From assembly GCA_964594005.1 (NCBI GenBank), contig CAZQKP010000001.1:1-40638 (forward strand): a DNA stretch of 40,638 nt. Reading direction: 5' to 3'. Every line of letters starts with the position of its first letter. The first letter of the stretch is position 1. This document shows, one piece after another, positions 15,348 to 23,922 of the stretch. The position numbers and the translations under genes are program-made. Below the pieces are notes generated by a model, which was not told the DNA's origin, did not search any database, and was given only the letters and a program-made list of their open reading frames with translations. The stretch is from an uncultured Candidatus Saccharibacteria bacterium. Lineage in GTDB: Bacteria; Patescibacteriota; Minisyncoccia; Phycocordibacterales; DATDWN01.

Positions 15348-17614
15348 TGAAAAAGGTTTTTTATCTTATTTTAATAGTTTTAGTGCTCATACCACTGTTT
15401 GTACCCCTCCACATAGCTTCTGCTGCCTGCTCACCCTGGGATTTTGGAGGTTGTATTGATTGGGCATTGACCAATATCGCCAATCTAATATTGGGTCTTC
15501 TCTCTTATTTAATGGGTTGGGCAGCTTTGTGGCTCAACTTTGTCTTGGACTGGACAATTGTGAGGATGAAAACAAATCTCGCTACATTAACTGGCATAAA
15601 TACGGCCTGGAAAGTTGTGAGGGATCTGATGAATGTTTTTTTTATTTTCCTACTTATTTACGAGGGTATAAAACTAATTATTAACTTGAACAGTCGAGAT
15701 GGAATCAAATCATTTATTACTGGAATTGTTTTAGCCTCAATTCTTATTAATTTCAGCCTTTTTTTCACCAAAGTAATCATAGATACTTCTAATATCGTGA
15801 CTATTGGATTTTATCAATCAATTCTAGATACAAATCGAGGAAAACAGGCGAGTTGTGATGCTCAAGGAAATTGTGGCACGGGTTATGGTTTGGCTGATCC
15901 TATTATGGGTGCGCTACATTTAACCAGCGCTTACGACGCAAAGGTTACTAATAGTTTGGGCGAAACATCAAGCTTTTTAATATCAGCGCTAGGTAACGCC
16001 CTCATAATTCTAGTTGCAGCTTTTGTTTTTTTTGCGGTTTCAATTGTATTCGCCGTTAGATACATGGTTTTGATTATTCTTATGATGCTATCCCCAGTAG
16101 CCTATATGGGTTTAGGACTACCTTTTATGAAAAAATATGCCAGTCAATGGTGGACTGCTTTCAATAGCCAAATTCTTTTTGCGCCTATTTTTATGATTTT
16201 AACTTGGATAAATATTACTCTAATGTACAGTCCGGGTTTTTTGACTACAGGTAGCTTCGCGGATGCCTTTGATAATAAAAACCCTGCTGGCGGAGGCGGC
16301 TTTAATCTTATTCTGAATTTTGCCATAATTATCGGCTTACTTATTGCCAGTTTAATTATTTCCAAAAAAACTGCGAGTCAGGGCAACAGCCTAATCGGTT
16401 CTGCAGTTGGTAATGCGACAAGTTTTGCGGGAGGCGCTTTGGTGGGGAGTACAGCAAGATTTGGCCGCGCAACTGTTGGTCGGGTCGGACAAGCACTTTC
16501 AGAGAGGGAGGGGCTTAAAGATGCCTCAACTAAAAGCGGAGTTCGGGGATTTATCGCCAGAAGAACGTTATCAGCAAGTAATAAGGCCGCCACATCTAGT
16601 TTTGATGCACGGGCTACAGATAGTTTTGGCAAATTGGCAAGTGCCACCGGTACTAATTTTGGCAAAGTGGACGCATCTAAACAGAACTTTAGAAAAATAA
16701 GAGAGGAGCAACAAAAGAAAGCGGAAGAAGAGGCTAAGAAGTACAAACCTTCTGACACCGCATATGCCGAAGCCAAAGAGAAAGATGAATTGGCTAAGGA
16801 GGAACTTAAAGAAAGAAAAGAAGAAGCCCAGAAAGCGGCGGATAGTGCTCAAAAAGCCTATGAGGCGGAATTAAATGAGGGCAGAACCTTAGACCAAATT
16901 GAAAAAGACCTCAAGGCAGCATTAGAAAAAGAGGAGAGTCATAAAAAATTTGGTATACCAAGTGACCCAGCTCTTGCTGCAGAGATAAATCGACTAAGAG
17001 CGGAATCCGAGACAAAGAAAACAACCCTCGCTTCCTTAGACAGGAACAAGAAAGAAACAAAATCAGCCGCCGAAAAACTTGAAAAAGACGAAAAGGAATT
17101 TAAGGAACAAGAAGAGAGAAAACTAAATGAAAAATACGCGGAAAGAGTTAATGCAGAAGCGGGAAGAAAGGGCCATGAAAACAGAGTGGCTTTGGAAGCG
17201 CAAAGAAAACTTGATGCTGACGACAGAAAATCTCCAGCAGAAAGAATGACAGTTGTTGAGAGAAAGAAATTGGAAGATCAAGTTAAAACTGGGGAGCACG
17301 ATACTAGGACAAACAAGGCTTGGCGATATGTGGCAAATACGGTGGGCCTTGTTACCAATGTGGCTGGGGTAACTAACATGCCAATGACCAAAAAAGATAG
17401 AGAGGCTTTGGCAAGAAAAGTAAGGGGAGTTGCCAAACAAAAGAACTCAAAAGATAAATTAGCTGAAGCGGTGAAGGATTATCAAAAAGATATCGACAAA
17501 GAATCAGGTGAAGCAGCGGCTGAAACAGCTGCCCCTGCTGCAGCGCCTGCACCGACCCCGGCCCCAGCCCCAGAACCTCCACCGTCACCACCACCAGCAG
17601 GAGGAGCTTCATAA
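15347..17614 (+). CDS. TrbL/VirB6-like polytopic membrane protein with a long K/E-rich coiled-coil and Pro-rich tail
   Basis: Signal/TM then about 8 hydrophobic helices (15347 to about 16380), typical of TrbL/VirB6 in size and topology. C-terminus (about 16685-17500) is EEQQKKAEEEAKK...-type charged helix, ending PAAAPAPTPAPAPEPPPSPPPAGGAS. Start taken at the ATG in TGATG (15345-15349); the track's ATG at 15323 is in frame. Confidence 0.55.
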   Translation: MKKVFYLILIVLVLIPLFVPLHIASAACSPWDFGGCIDWALTNIANLILGLLSYLMGWAALWLNFVLDWTIVRMKTNLATLTGINTAWKVVRDLMNVFFIFLLIYEGIKLIINLNSRDGIKSFITGIVLASILINFSLFFTKVIIDTSNIVTIGFYQSILDTNRGKQASCDAQGNCGTGYGLADPIMGALHLTSAYDAKVTNSLGETSSFLISALGNALIILVAAFVFFAVSIVFAVRYMVLIILMMLSPVAYMGLGLPFMKKYASQWWTAFNSQILFAPIFMILTWINITLMYSPGFLTTGSFADAFDNKNPAGGGGFNLILNFAIIIGLLIASLIISKKTASQGNSLIGSAVGNATSFAGGALVGSTARFGRATVGRVGQALSEREGLKDASTKSGVRGFIARRTLSASNKAATSSFDARATDSFGKLASATGTNFGKVDASKQNFRKIREEQQKKAEEEAKKYKPSDTAYAEAKEKDELAKEELKERKEEAQKAADSAQKAYEAELNEGRTLDQIEKDLKAALEKEESHKKFGIPSDPALAAEINRLRAESETKKTTLASLDRNKKETKSAAEKLEKDEKEFKEQEERKLNEKYAERVNAEAGRKGHENRVALEAQRKLDADDRKSPAERMTVVERKKLEDQVKTGEHDTRTNKAWRYVANTVGLVTNVAGVTNMPMTKKDREALARKVRGVAKQKNSKDKLAEAVKDYQKDIDKESGEAAAETAAPAAAPAPTPAPAPEPPPSPPPAGGAS

Positions 17615-17615
17615 T

Positions 17616-18281
17616 ATGAATGACGAAAATAAAATAGAAATACCAGATTACGTAAAAAAGCTACCACCGGAAGCCCAGGATTTTATATTTAGTTCTATCT
17701 GGGAAGATCGAACTAAGGAAGTTGCCCGAAAGTATTCGCTTAACGAAAGCCAGACTGAAAGCTTAATAAACACAGTTGCATTAGTTCTTATCGGAGTTGA
17801 AAATCCGGATGATCTCTACACAGATCTGTTGGAGGATTTAAAAACTTCTAAACTTTTAACTGAACAAATTATTTCTGAATTAGAGAAGAGAGTCTTCGAA
17901 TTTGGCGTAAAAATTATTTTGGACAACAAAAAACCAGAAAGCGATATCAAAGAAAAACCTGACACAACAATACCAGAGCTGAAGCCAAATCTACTACCTG
18001 AAACAGAAAAAGTAGCCAGCTCTTTTAAACCAATAAGTATTCCCAAGGAAGAAGTTGCTTCGGGCATAACTTATCCAGCCAAAAATGAAGAGACAGTACA
18101 ACAACCCCTAAAAGTCCCAGAAGTTAATATTGCCTCAGAAAAAGTTGAGACAAAACCAATAACCCCACCAACTATAGTGGAGACTAAACTTAAGGCAGTT
18201 ACCCCAAGTATTTCAGAAACACCTAGCTCAGATGCCCCCAAAAAATACACAGTTGATCCCTATCGCGAGCCAATAAACTAA
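17616..18281 (+). CDS. Hypothetical protein (T4SS-like cluster)
   Basis: ATG at 17616 lies about 11 nt after AGGAGG and 1 nt after the previous stop. The track's start at 17508 only adds the alternative reading of the upstream Pro-rich tail. No TM; Pro/Lys/Glu-rich C-terminus. Confidence 0.6.
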   Translation: MNDENKIEIPDYVKKLPPEAQDFIFSSIWEDRTKEVARKYSLNESQTESLINTVALVLIGVENPDDLYTDLLEDLKTSKLLTEQIISELEKRVFEFGVKIILDNKKPESDIKEKPDTTIPELKPNLLPETEKVASSFKPISIPKEEVASGITYPAKNEETVQQPLKVPEVNIASEKVETKPITPPTIVETKLKAVTPSISETPSSDAPKKYTVDPYREPIN

Positions 18282-18282
18282 A

Positions 18283-18717
18283 ATGAGATACCAAGTCCCT
18301 CAATTTATTGAAATAGAAGATAAGGTTATCGGACCATTTACCGTTAAACAGTTCGTTTACTTAGTAGGAGGTGGGGGTATGGCTTTTATTTTTTACAATT
18401 ACCTCAACTTATTTATAGCGATCCCGTTAATGGTTGGAGCTGTCGGATTGGGTCTCTCTTTAGCTTTTTATAAAATAAATAATAAACCGTTTATTGATTT
18501 TCTAGAGTCTGCTTTTATGTATTACACTAGAGGCAATCTCTATATCTGGCGAAAGGAGGTGAAAAAAATTGAACCCGCAAAAGAAAAGGCTGCCCAAGCT
18601 AATACTGTAACCGTTCCAAGGCTTTCTCAAAGCAAACTAAAGGAATTGTCTTGGTCTTTGGACATAAATGAAAATCTAAATCCAGTTACGAGTGAAAGCG
18701 GCAAGAGAACAAGCTAG
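18283..18717 (+). CDS. PrgI-family (VirB3-like) T4SS membrane protein
   Basis: MRYQVPQFIEIEDKVIGPFTVKQFVYLVGGGGMAFIFY followed by a second TM helix, which is the PrgI-family pattern; it lies just upstream of VirB4. Confidence 0.65.
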   Translation: MRYQVPQFIEIEDKVIGPFTVKQFVYLVGGGGMAFIFYNYLNLFIAIPLMVGAVGLGLSLAFYKINNKPFIDFLESAFMYYTRGNLYIWRKEVKKIEPAKEKAAQANTVTVPRLSQSKLKELSWSLDINENLNPVTSESGKRTS

Positions 18718-18738
18718 TTTTCGTGATATAATTTAAAT

Positions 18739-19389
18739 ATGGCAATCAGTTCCAAGGCAACTCAAGAGTTCGTTCCCATAAAAGAAGTCAAGGATGGCAT
18801 CATGATTTTGAAAAATGACTCCATGCGCGGGGTAGTTTTGGCTTCTTCTATCAACTTTTCTTTAAAATCGGACGACGAAAGAAACGCGATCATTTTACAA
18901 TTCCAAGATTTTTTAAACTCGCTCGATTTTCCGGTAGAAATTTCAATCGAATCTAGGCGCCTAGACATTAGACCCTATATTGCTCTCTTGGAAGGACGCT
19001 ATAAAGAACAGACCAATGACTTAATGAAAATACAGACCAGGGAATATATCGATTTTATTAAAAAATTTACGGAAAGTACCAGCATTATGACTAAAAGCTT
19101 TTTTATCATAGTGTCATACGATCCGGCACTAGTTAAACTTCAAGGACCTAATGCGGGCTTGAGTAAATTAAATATTTTTAAAAAAAAATCTGCCAATAAA
19201 CAACAAGAAGAAAAACAGGCAAATTTTGAGGAGAATCGTACACAGCTAGAGCAAAGAGTCTCGGTAGTTGAGCAAGGTCTTTCCCGTTGTGGTATTCGAG
19301 TTATTCGTTTGGGTACGGAAGAAGTGATTGAGTTGTTTTATAAAATATTTAATCCAGGGGACACAGAAAAACCAATTAAATTAAACTAA
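18739..19389 (+). CDS. Hypothetical protein resembling a free-standing VirB4/TraC N-terminal domain
   Basis: TQEFVPIKEVKDGIMILKNDSMRGVVLASSINFSLKSDDERNAIILQFQDFLNSLDFPVEISI follows the pattern of the N-terminal region of Gram-positive VirB4 homologues. TAATG overlap with virB4. Confidence 0.55.
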   Translation: MAISSKATQEFVPIKEVKDGIMILKNDSMRGVVLASSINFSLKSDDERNAIILQFQDFLNSLDFPVEISIESRRLDIRPYIALLEGRYKEQTNDLMKIQTREYIDFIKKFTESTSIMTKSFFIIVSYDPALVKLQGPNAGLSKLNIFKKKSANKQQEEKQANFEENRTQLEQRVSVVEQGLSRCGIRVIRLGTEEVIELFYKIFNPGDTEKPIKLN

Positions 19390-21203
19390 TGGCCTTACTC
19401 GATTTTTTAAAACCAAAAAAAGAAGAACCGATCTCAACTATTTTGCCGCAGGAGATTTATGACTCTAGCAGCCTAGAGTTAAAAGATGTTATTGCCCCCA
19501 GTGCACTTAAGGTTACTCCCAAAGAAATAAATTTAGGCGAAAAAATTGTGCGAGGATTTTTTGTTATTTCTTACCCAAGATACCTCTCGGAAAACTGGTT
19601 TGCGCCGATAATTAATCTGGACAAAATTTTTGATGTTTCTATTTTTGTTACTCCCATAGACTCCGCGGGCGCTTTAAAAACTTTCCAGAAAAAGGTAGCG
19701 GAGGTCCAAAGCCAGATTAATACCCGCGAAGCTAAGGGGCTTGTTCGAAATCCAATGCTGGATACTGCCTATCAAGACTTGGAGAGTCTACGTGATCAAC
19801 TGCAACAAGCCCAAGAGAAGCTTTTTGATGTCGGTCTATATATAAGTATCTACGCCGATAGTATGGAGGAACTGGATAAAATAGAGTCAGAAATAAAATC
19901 AATCTTGGAGGCAAAATTGGTTTACCTTAAGCCCGCTCTCTTTCAGCAAGAGCAATCTTTCCGCACATCAATTCCCTTGGGCACAGACGAACTTAAAGTT
20001 TATAGTAAATTAAACTCCTCACCCCTGTCACTTCTTTTTCCTTTTATTTCCTTCGACCTGACCTCGGATAAAGGAATTCTCTACGGCATCAATCGCCACA
20101 ATTCTTCTCTAGTTTTATTTGATCGCTTTTCCTTGGAGAATTACAACTCCATTACTTTTGCCAAGTCCGGTGCGGGCAAATCATTTTGCACCAAGCTAGA
20201 GATACTTCGTACACTTATGTTTGATACAGACGTTATTGTAATTGACCCAGAAAGAGAGTACGAATATCTAGCTGAAGCAGTGGGCGGCAGGTACTTCAAC
20301 ATTTCCCTTAATTCTGAACACCATATAAATCCTTTTGAACTGCCACACCCATCGGAAGACGAATCATTTTCTTCAGTCTTACGTACTAATATCATTAACT
20401 TAGTTGGTCTCTTTAGAATAATGATGGGCGGCTTAACACCTGAGGAAGACGCTATTATTGATCGCGCCATTTCAGAAACATACGCCCTAAAAGATATAAC
20501 TCCGGATTCTAATTTTGAGAATTTAGAGCCGCCTCTTATGTCCGATTTTGAATTAGTTCTCTCGGGTATGGAGGGGGGAGACTCTCTAGCACAAAGACTC
20601 TCCAAATACACTCGCGGCACTTGGGCTGGTTTTATTAATAAGCCATCCAATGTAGATATAAATAAAAAATTTATTGTTTTCTCTTTGCGCGATATGGAGG
20701 ATGAACTGAAGCCGATTGCTATGTATATTGTAATGCACTTTATCTGGAGTGCCATTAGAAAGAACTTAAAGAAAAGATTACTTGTGGTTGACGAGGCATG
20801 GTGGATGATGAAATCAGATGACACCGCTTCTTTCCTGTTATCTCTTGCCAAAAGAGGCCGAAAATATTATTTAGGGCTTGCAACAATTACTCAGGACGTA
20901 GATGATTTCATGAAGTCAAATTACGGCACGCCAATTATTACGAACTCTTCAATTCAAATTCTATTAAAGCAGTCACCAACGGTGATAGATAAACTACAAA
21001 CTGTCTTCAACTTAACCGATGAAGAAAAATACCTTCTCCTCGAGTCTGACGTGGGGGAGGGAATATTTTTTGCGGGCTTAAAACATGTGGCTATAAAAAT
21101 AATCCCATCCTACACCGAAGAACAAATCATTACCTCTGATCCATCCCAAGTTCTAGCTATTAAAGCGGCAAAAAGACAACTGGAAGAATCCCAAAATGGA
21201 TAA
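19389..21203 (+). CDS. virB4: VirB4/TraC-type T4SS ATPase
   Basis: Walker A FAKSGAGKSF, Walker B LLVVDEAWWMM, an ATITQDVDDF-type sensor region and 604 aa. The N-terminal domain has the VRGFFVISYPRYLSENWF pattern. Confidence 0.85.
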   Translation: MALLDFLKPKKEEPISTILPQEIYDSSSLELKDVIAPSALKVTPKEINLGEKIVRGFFVISYPRYLSENWFAPIINLDKIFDVSIFVTPIDSAGALKTFQKKVAEVQSQINTREAKGLVRNPMLDTAYQDLESLRDQLQQAQEKLFDVGLYISIYADSMEELDKIESEIKSILEAKLVYLKPALFQQEQSFRTSIPLGTDELKVYSKLNSSPLSLLFPFISFDLTSDKGILYGINRHNSSLVLFDRFSLENYNSITFAKSGAGKSFCTKLEILRTLMFDTDVIVIDPEREYEYLAEAVGGRYFNISLNSEHHINPFELPHPSEDESFSSVLRTNIINLVGLFRIMMGGLTPEEDAIIDRAISETYALKDITPDSNFENLEPPLMSDFELVLSGMEGGDSLAQRLSKYTRGTWAGFINKPSNVDINKKFIVFSLRDMEDELKPIAMYIVMHFIWSAIRKNLKKRLLVVDEAWWMMKSDDTASFLLSLAKRGRKYYLGLATITQDVDDFMKSNYGTPIITNSSIQILLKQSPTVIDKLQTVFNLTDEEKYLLLESDVGEGIFFAGLKHVAIKIIPSYTEEQIITSDPSQVLAIKAAKRQLEESQNG

Positions 21204-22026
21204 TGGAGAAGAAAATGGATCCAAAATAAGCTTAATGGAGTGGGGGCTAGTAATTGGTGCCTTATTCGTTTGTGATCTTTTACAAGCTGGCCTCGATTTA
21301 TTGGTTATTGGTGAATTTACAAATCCTTTTTTTGATTTAATTATTGGAATGAGTTTCGGTTTGTATCTCCAGATGAGAGGAGAAAGTCTAACTAAACCTT
21401 CGAGAGCTTTTGGATTACTTGGAACTTTTCTTTTGGAAATGGTTCCTCTAATTGATGACTTGCCATTATGGAGTCTAGATGGACTTTTTAATATGCTTGT
21501 CTCTAGGCCAGATATTCTAAATAAGGTTAGCATGGGCATACCTGGATCTGGAGTGGTAAATAAATTAATTATTCCAGCCAAGACAGAACCAAACAAACCC
21601 GCTCAAGAAAAAGCGGAAAGGCTACGCGAATTGCCTGCGAAGAATACAAATCCAGGCTTTAATAGTAAGGAAAACGCAGTTGCCGCGAGAGAAAGATTAA
21701 ACAACGTTACAGATAAATATAACTTGGATACAGATAAAAACAAAGAGCCGATAAATGTAAACGAACAAAACTTAAAAGTGGCTAAGGATAAAAATCAAAC
21801 TGTAGATGAACAAAATTGGGAAGCAGCTAGAAGAAAGAACCGACAAAAAACAGTAGAGGAAGAAAATTTGGAGGCGGCTAGAAACAAAAACTCGGGAGAG
21901 GTCTATAATTTGAAGGGGGACGAGGCAATAAGACTAAGAAATGAGAGGCTGGAAGTAGCTAGAAGATTGGGCCTGCACTCAAGCGGAACGTCTCAAGAGA
22001 CTTCGGATCTAGAAAAAGCAGCCTAG
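21196..22026 (+). CDS. Hypothetical membrane protein with a repetitive charged tail
   Basis: 3-4 hydrophobic helices in the first ~100 aa. The tail has three ~14-aa repeats: NEQNLKVAKDKNQT / DEQNWEAARRKNRQKT / EEENLEAARNKNSG (about 21760-21895). 8-nt overlap with virB4. Confidence 0.6.
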   Translation: MDNGEENGSKISLMEWGLVIGALFVCDLLQAGLDLLVIGEFTNPFFDLIIGMSFGLYLQMRGESLTKPSRAFGLLGTFLLEMVPLIDDLPLWSLDGLFNMLVSRPDILNKVSMGIPGSGVVNKLIIPAKTEPNKPAQEKAERLRELPAKNTNPGFNSKENAVAARERLNNVTDKYNLDTDKNKEPINVNEQNLKVAKDKNQTVDEQNWEAARRKNRQKTVEEENLEAARNKNSGEVYNLKGDEAIRLRNERLEVARRLGLHSSGTSQETSDLEKAA

Positions 22027-22075
22027 TGTGCATAATCCACGTTTAGATACAATTTGACGTGTTACAATTATAGAG

Positions 22076-23062
22076 ATGAAGTATGTTTTTTCGACCATAC
22101 TGGCCTTATCTTTATTGCCAGCAATAGGTTTTGCGCAAATACCGGGAGTTGATAATTCAGATTTAAATGTAGAGCTAATTCCCGAAAGTCCCCACCCCAA
22201 CGAAGTGGTTAACGTTAGATTAACCGACTACAGTATTGATCTGGATTCTTCCCGAATAATCTGGAAAATAAATGGGGTTGTAAAACAATCTGGCACGGGG
22301 AATAAAACCTTCAGTTTCACTGTGGGTGATTTAAACAGTCATACTATTCTGACTATCGATGTCTCTGCCGCTTCCGGCCAAAATCTAGAGAAAATTGTTG
22401 AGGTAAGGCCTTCGAGTGTAGATATTTTATGGCAATCAGAAAGTTTTACTCCGCCATTTTATCGCGGCAAGGCATTGTTTAGTTATGAAAACAAAATTAC
22501 TTTTATCGCAATTCCCCATATAAGTAGTGGTAGTGGCGAGATTCCAACCAAGAATTTAATCTATAAATGGGAGATGAATAGCAATGTGATAGATGATTCC
22601 TCGGGCTACGGCAAAAATACTTTCACCACTATTGGTTCCCTCATCGCACGGCCACTTGAGGTAACTGTAGAAGTTTCGTCTTTAGATGGGATTTTCTCAG
22701 GCAGAGGACATATTATTACCACACCTGTTGATCCTAAACTCTTGCTCTATCAGGACGATCCGATTTATGGTTTACAATTTCAAAAGGCTCTAAACAATAA
22801 TTTAAATTTGGGGGGAGAAGAAATAGAAGTTATGGGTATACCATTTTATTTTGGGATAAAAGATCTTAGTTCTCCATATATTTCTTTTAAATGGTCGATA
22901 AACGGAGTCCCAACTGATAATGATGTGAGTGCCAATACTCAAGTGTTTAGAAAAAAAGAGGGAACTAGCGGCACCTCCAACATCTCTCTTAGAGTTGAGG
23001 ACTCTCAAAAGATCCTGCAAGCTGCTACCAGTAATTTTAATTTAAATTTTAACAATGAGTAG
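22076..23062 (+). CDS. Hypothetical secreted protein
   Basis: Signal peptide MKYVFSTILALSLLPAIGFA/Q. Beta-rich composition with internally similar segments (IIWKINGVVKQSGTG... / ISFKWSINGVPTDND...). Confidence 0.65.
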   Translation: MKYVFSTILALSLLPAIGFAQIPGVDNSDLNVELIPESPHPNEVVNVRLTDYSIDLDSSRIIWKINGVVKQSGTGNKTFSFTVGDLNSHTILTIDVSAASGQNLEKIVEVRPSSVDILWQSESFTPPFYRGKALFSYENKITFIAIPHISSGSGEIPTKNLIYKWEMNSNVIDDSSGYGKNTFTTIGSLIARPLEVTVEVSSLDGIFSGRGHIITTPVDPKLLLYQDDPIYGLQFQKALNNNLNLGGEEIEVMGIPFYFGIKDLSSPYISFKWSINGVPTDNDVSANTQVFRKKEGTSGTSNISLRVEDSQKILQAATSNFNLNFNNE

Positions 23063-23921
23063 AAGAATTTTAAAATTAGCCTTGGTTCTTTTAACCTTAT
23101 TTGGTCTTCAATTTTCTTTGGCCTTAGCTCAAAGCCAACAAATTCAATACCAGGTTTTAGCGCCTCTAGACAACGAACCAGCCACAATAACACTTCCTCA
23201 ATACATACCCTTCATAATTAACTTGTCTATTGGTATAGCCGCAGTCATGGCCTTCGTCATGATTACTTTTGGGGGAATTACATACGCTACAACTGACGCC
23301 TTACAAAAAAAACAAGATGGTAGAAAATTTATTGAAAATGCGATTATTGGTTTACTTCTGGTTATAAGCGCCTGGGTTATTCTTAATACAATTAATCCTC
23401 AAACACTTGATTTTAGTTTTTTAAGTAAATTACCCACCGCGCAAGTCACAGCGCCCACAAATGTGATTCCTGGCACTCCCATGACCCCCGAGCAACTTGC
23501 TGATGATGCTAATGTAAGATCCATACTGACCTCCCAATCTGGTGGCCAAGTAGTGGTGGCTCTAGCTCCCTGTGCGAGTGGCCAAACTAAGGGTTGCACA
23601 AATGTAAATGGTTTGCCGGTAAATGCTATCGACGGTCTCACTCGCTTGTCTAAAGACTGCAATTGTCAGATTATCGTGACCGGTGGAACAGAAGGAGGTC
23701 ATGTATCTCACGGTCCCGGCAAACCCGTTGTGGATTTGAGATCTCAAAATAGTGCTTTAACTGCCTTGTTGAGTAAATTTGATTCAAGAGCAGCTAACCC
23801 GTTTTCTAAACTGGCATTTGGAGTCACCCTTAAGGATCGCACCCATGCTAATTTCTCATATGAGACTGCTGAAGACCCTAACTCAAGCGGAGCGCATTGG
23901 CATGTAAGCTTTGGCCCATAA
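23055..23921 (+). CDS. T4SS pilin-like (VirB2/TrbC-type) module fused to a putative LAS/M15-like zinc peptidase domain
   Basis: Signal peptide, then IPFIINLSIGIAAVMAFVMITFGGITYATTDALQKKQDGRKFIENAIIGLLLVISAWVILNTINP, a two-helix pilin pattern. The C-terminus has GGHVSHGPGKPVVDL (S-x-H-x-x-G-x-x-x-D-like) and SGAHWHVSF (WH motif). Confidence 0.6.
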   Translation: MSRRILKLALVLLTLFGLQFSLALAQSQQIQYQVLAPLDNEPATITLPQYIPFIINLSIGIAAVMAFVMITFGGITYATTDALQKKQDGRKFIENAIIGLLLVISAWVILNTINPQTLDFSFLSKLPTAQVTAPTNVIPGTPMTPEQLADDANVRSILTSQSGGQVVVALAPCASGQTKGCTNVNGLPVNAIDGLTRLSKDCNCQIIVTGGTEGGHVSHGPGKPVVDLRSQNSALTALLSKFDSRAANPFSKLAFGVTLKDRTHANFSYETAEDPNSSGAHWHVSFGP

Positions 23922-23922
23922 T

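Noticed and set aside
17508-17615. Upstream extension of the 17616-18281 gene to the ATG at 17508.
   Set aside because: The extension is just the alternative reading frame of the Pro-rich tail of the upstream gene (LPLLQRLHRPRPQPQNLHRHHHQ). The ATG at 17616 has an AGGAGG about 11 nt upstream and follows the previous stop by 1 nt.
20141-20851. 236-aa antisense ORF inside virB4. Similar antisense ORFs lie at 32220-32717 (in tyrS), 4165-4659, 16378-16776, 9747-10061 and 21153-21596.
   Set aside because: Each is fully embedded opposite a gene with strong family motifs. Their composition is Ser/Ile/Leu/Phe-rich, which is typical of the reverse complement of AT-rich coding sequence.
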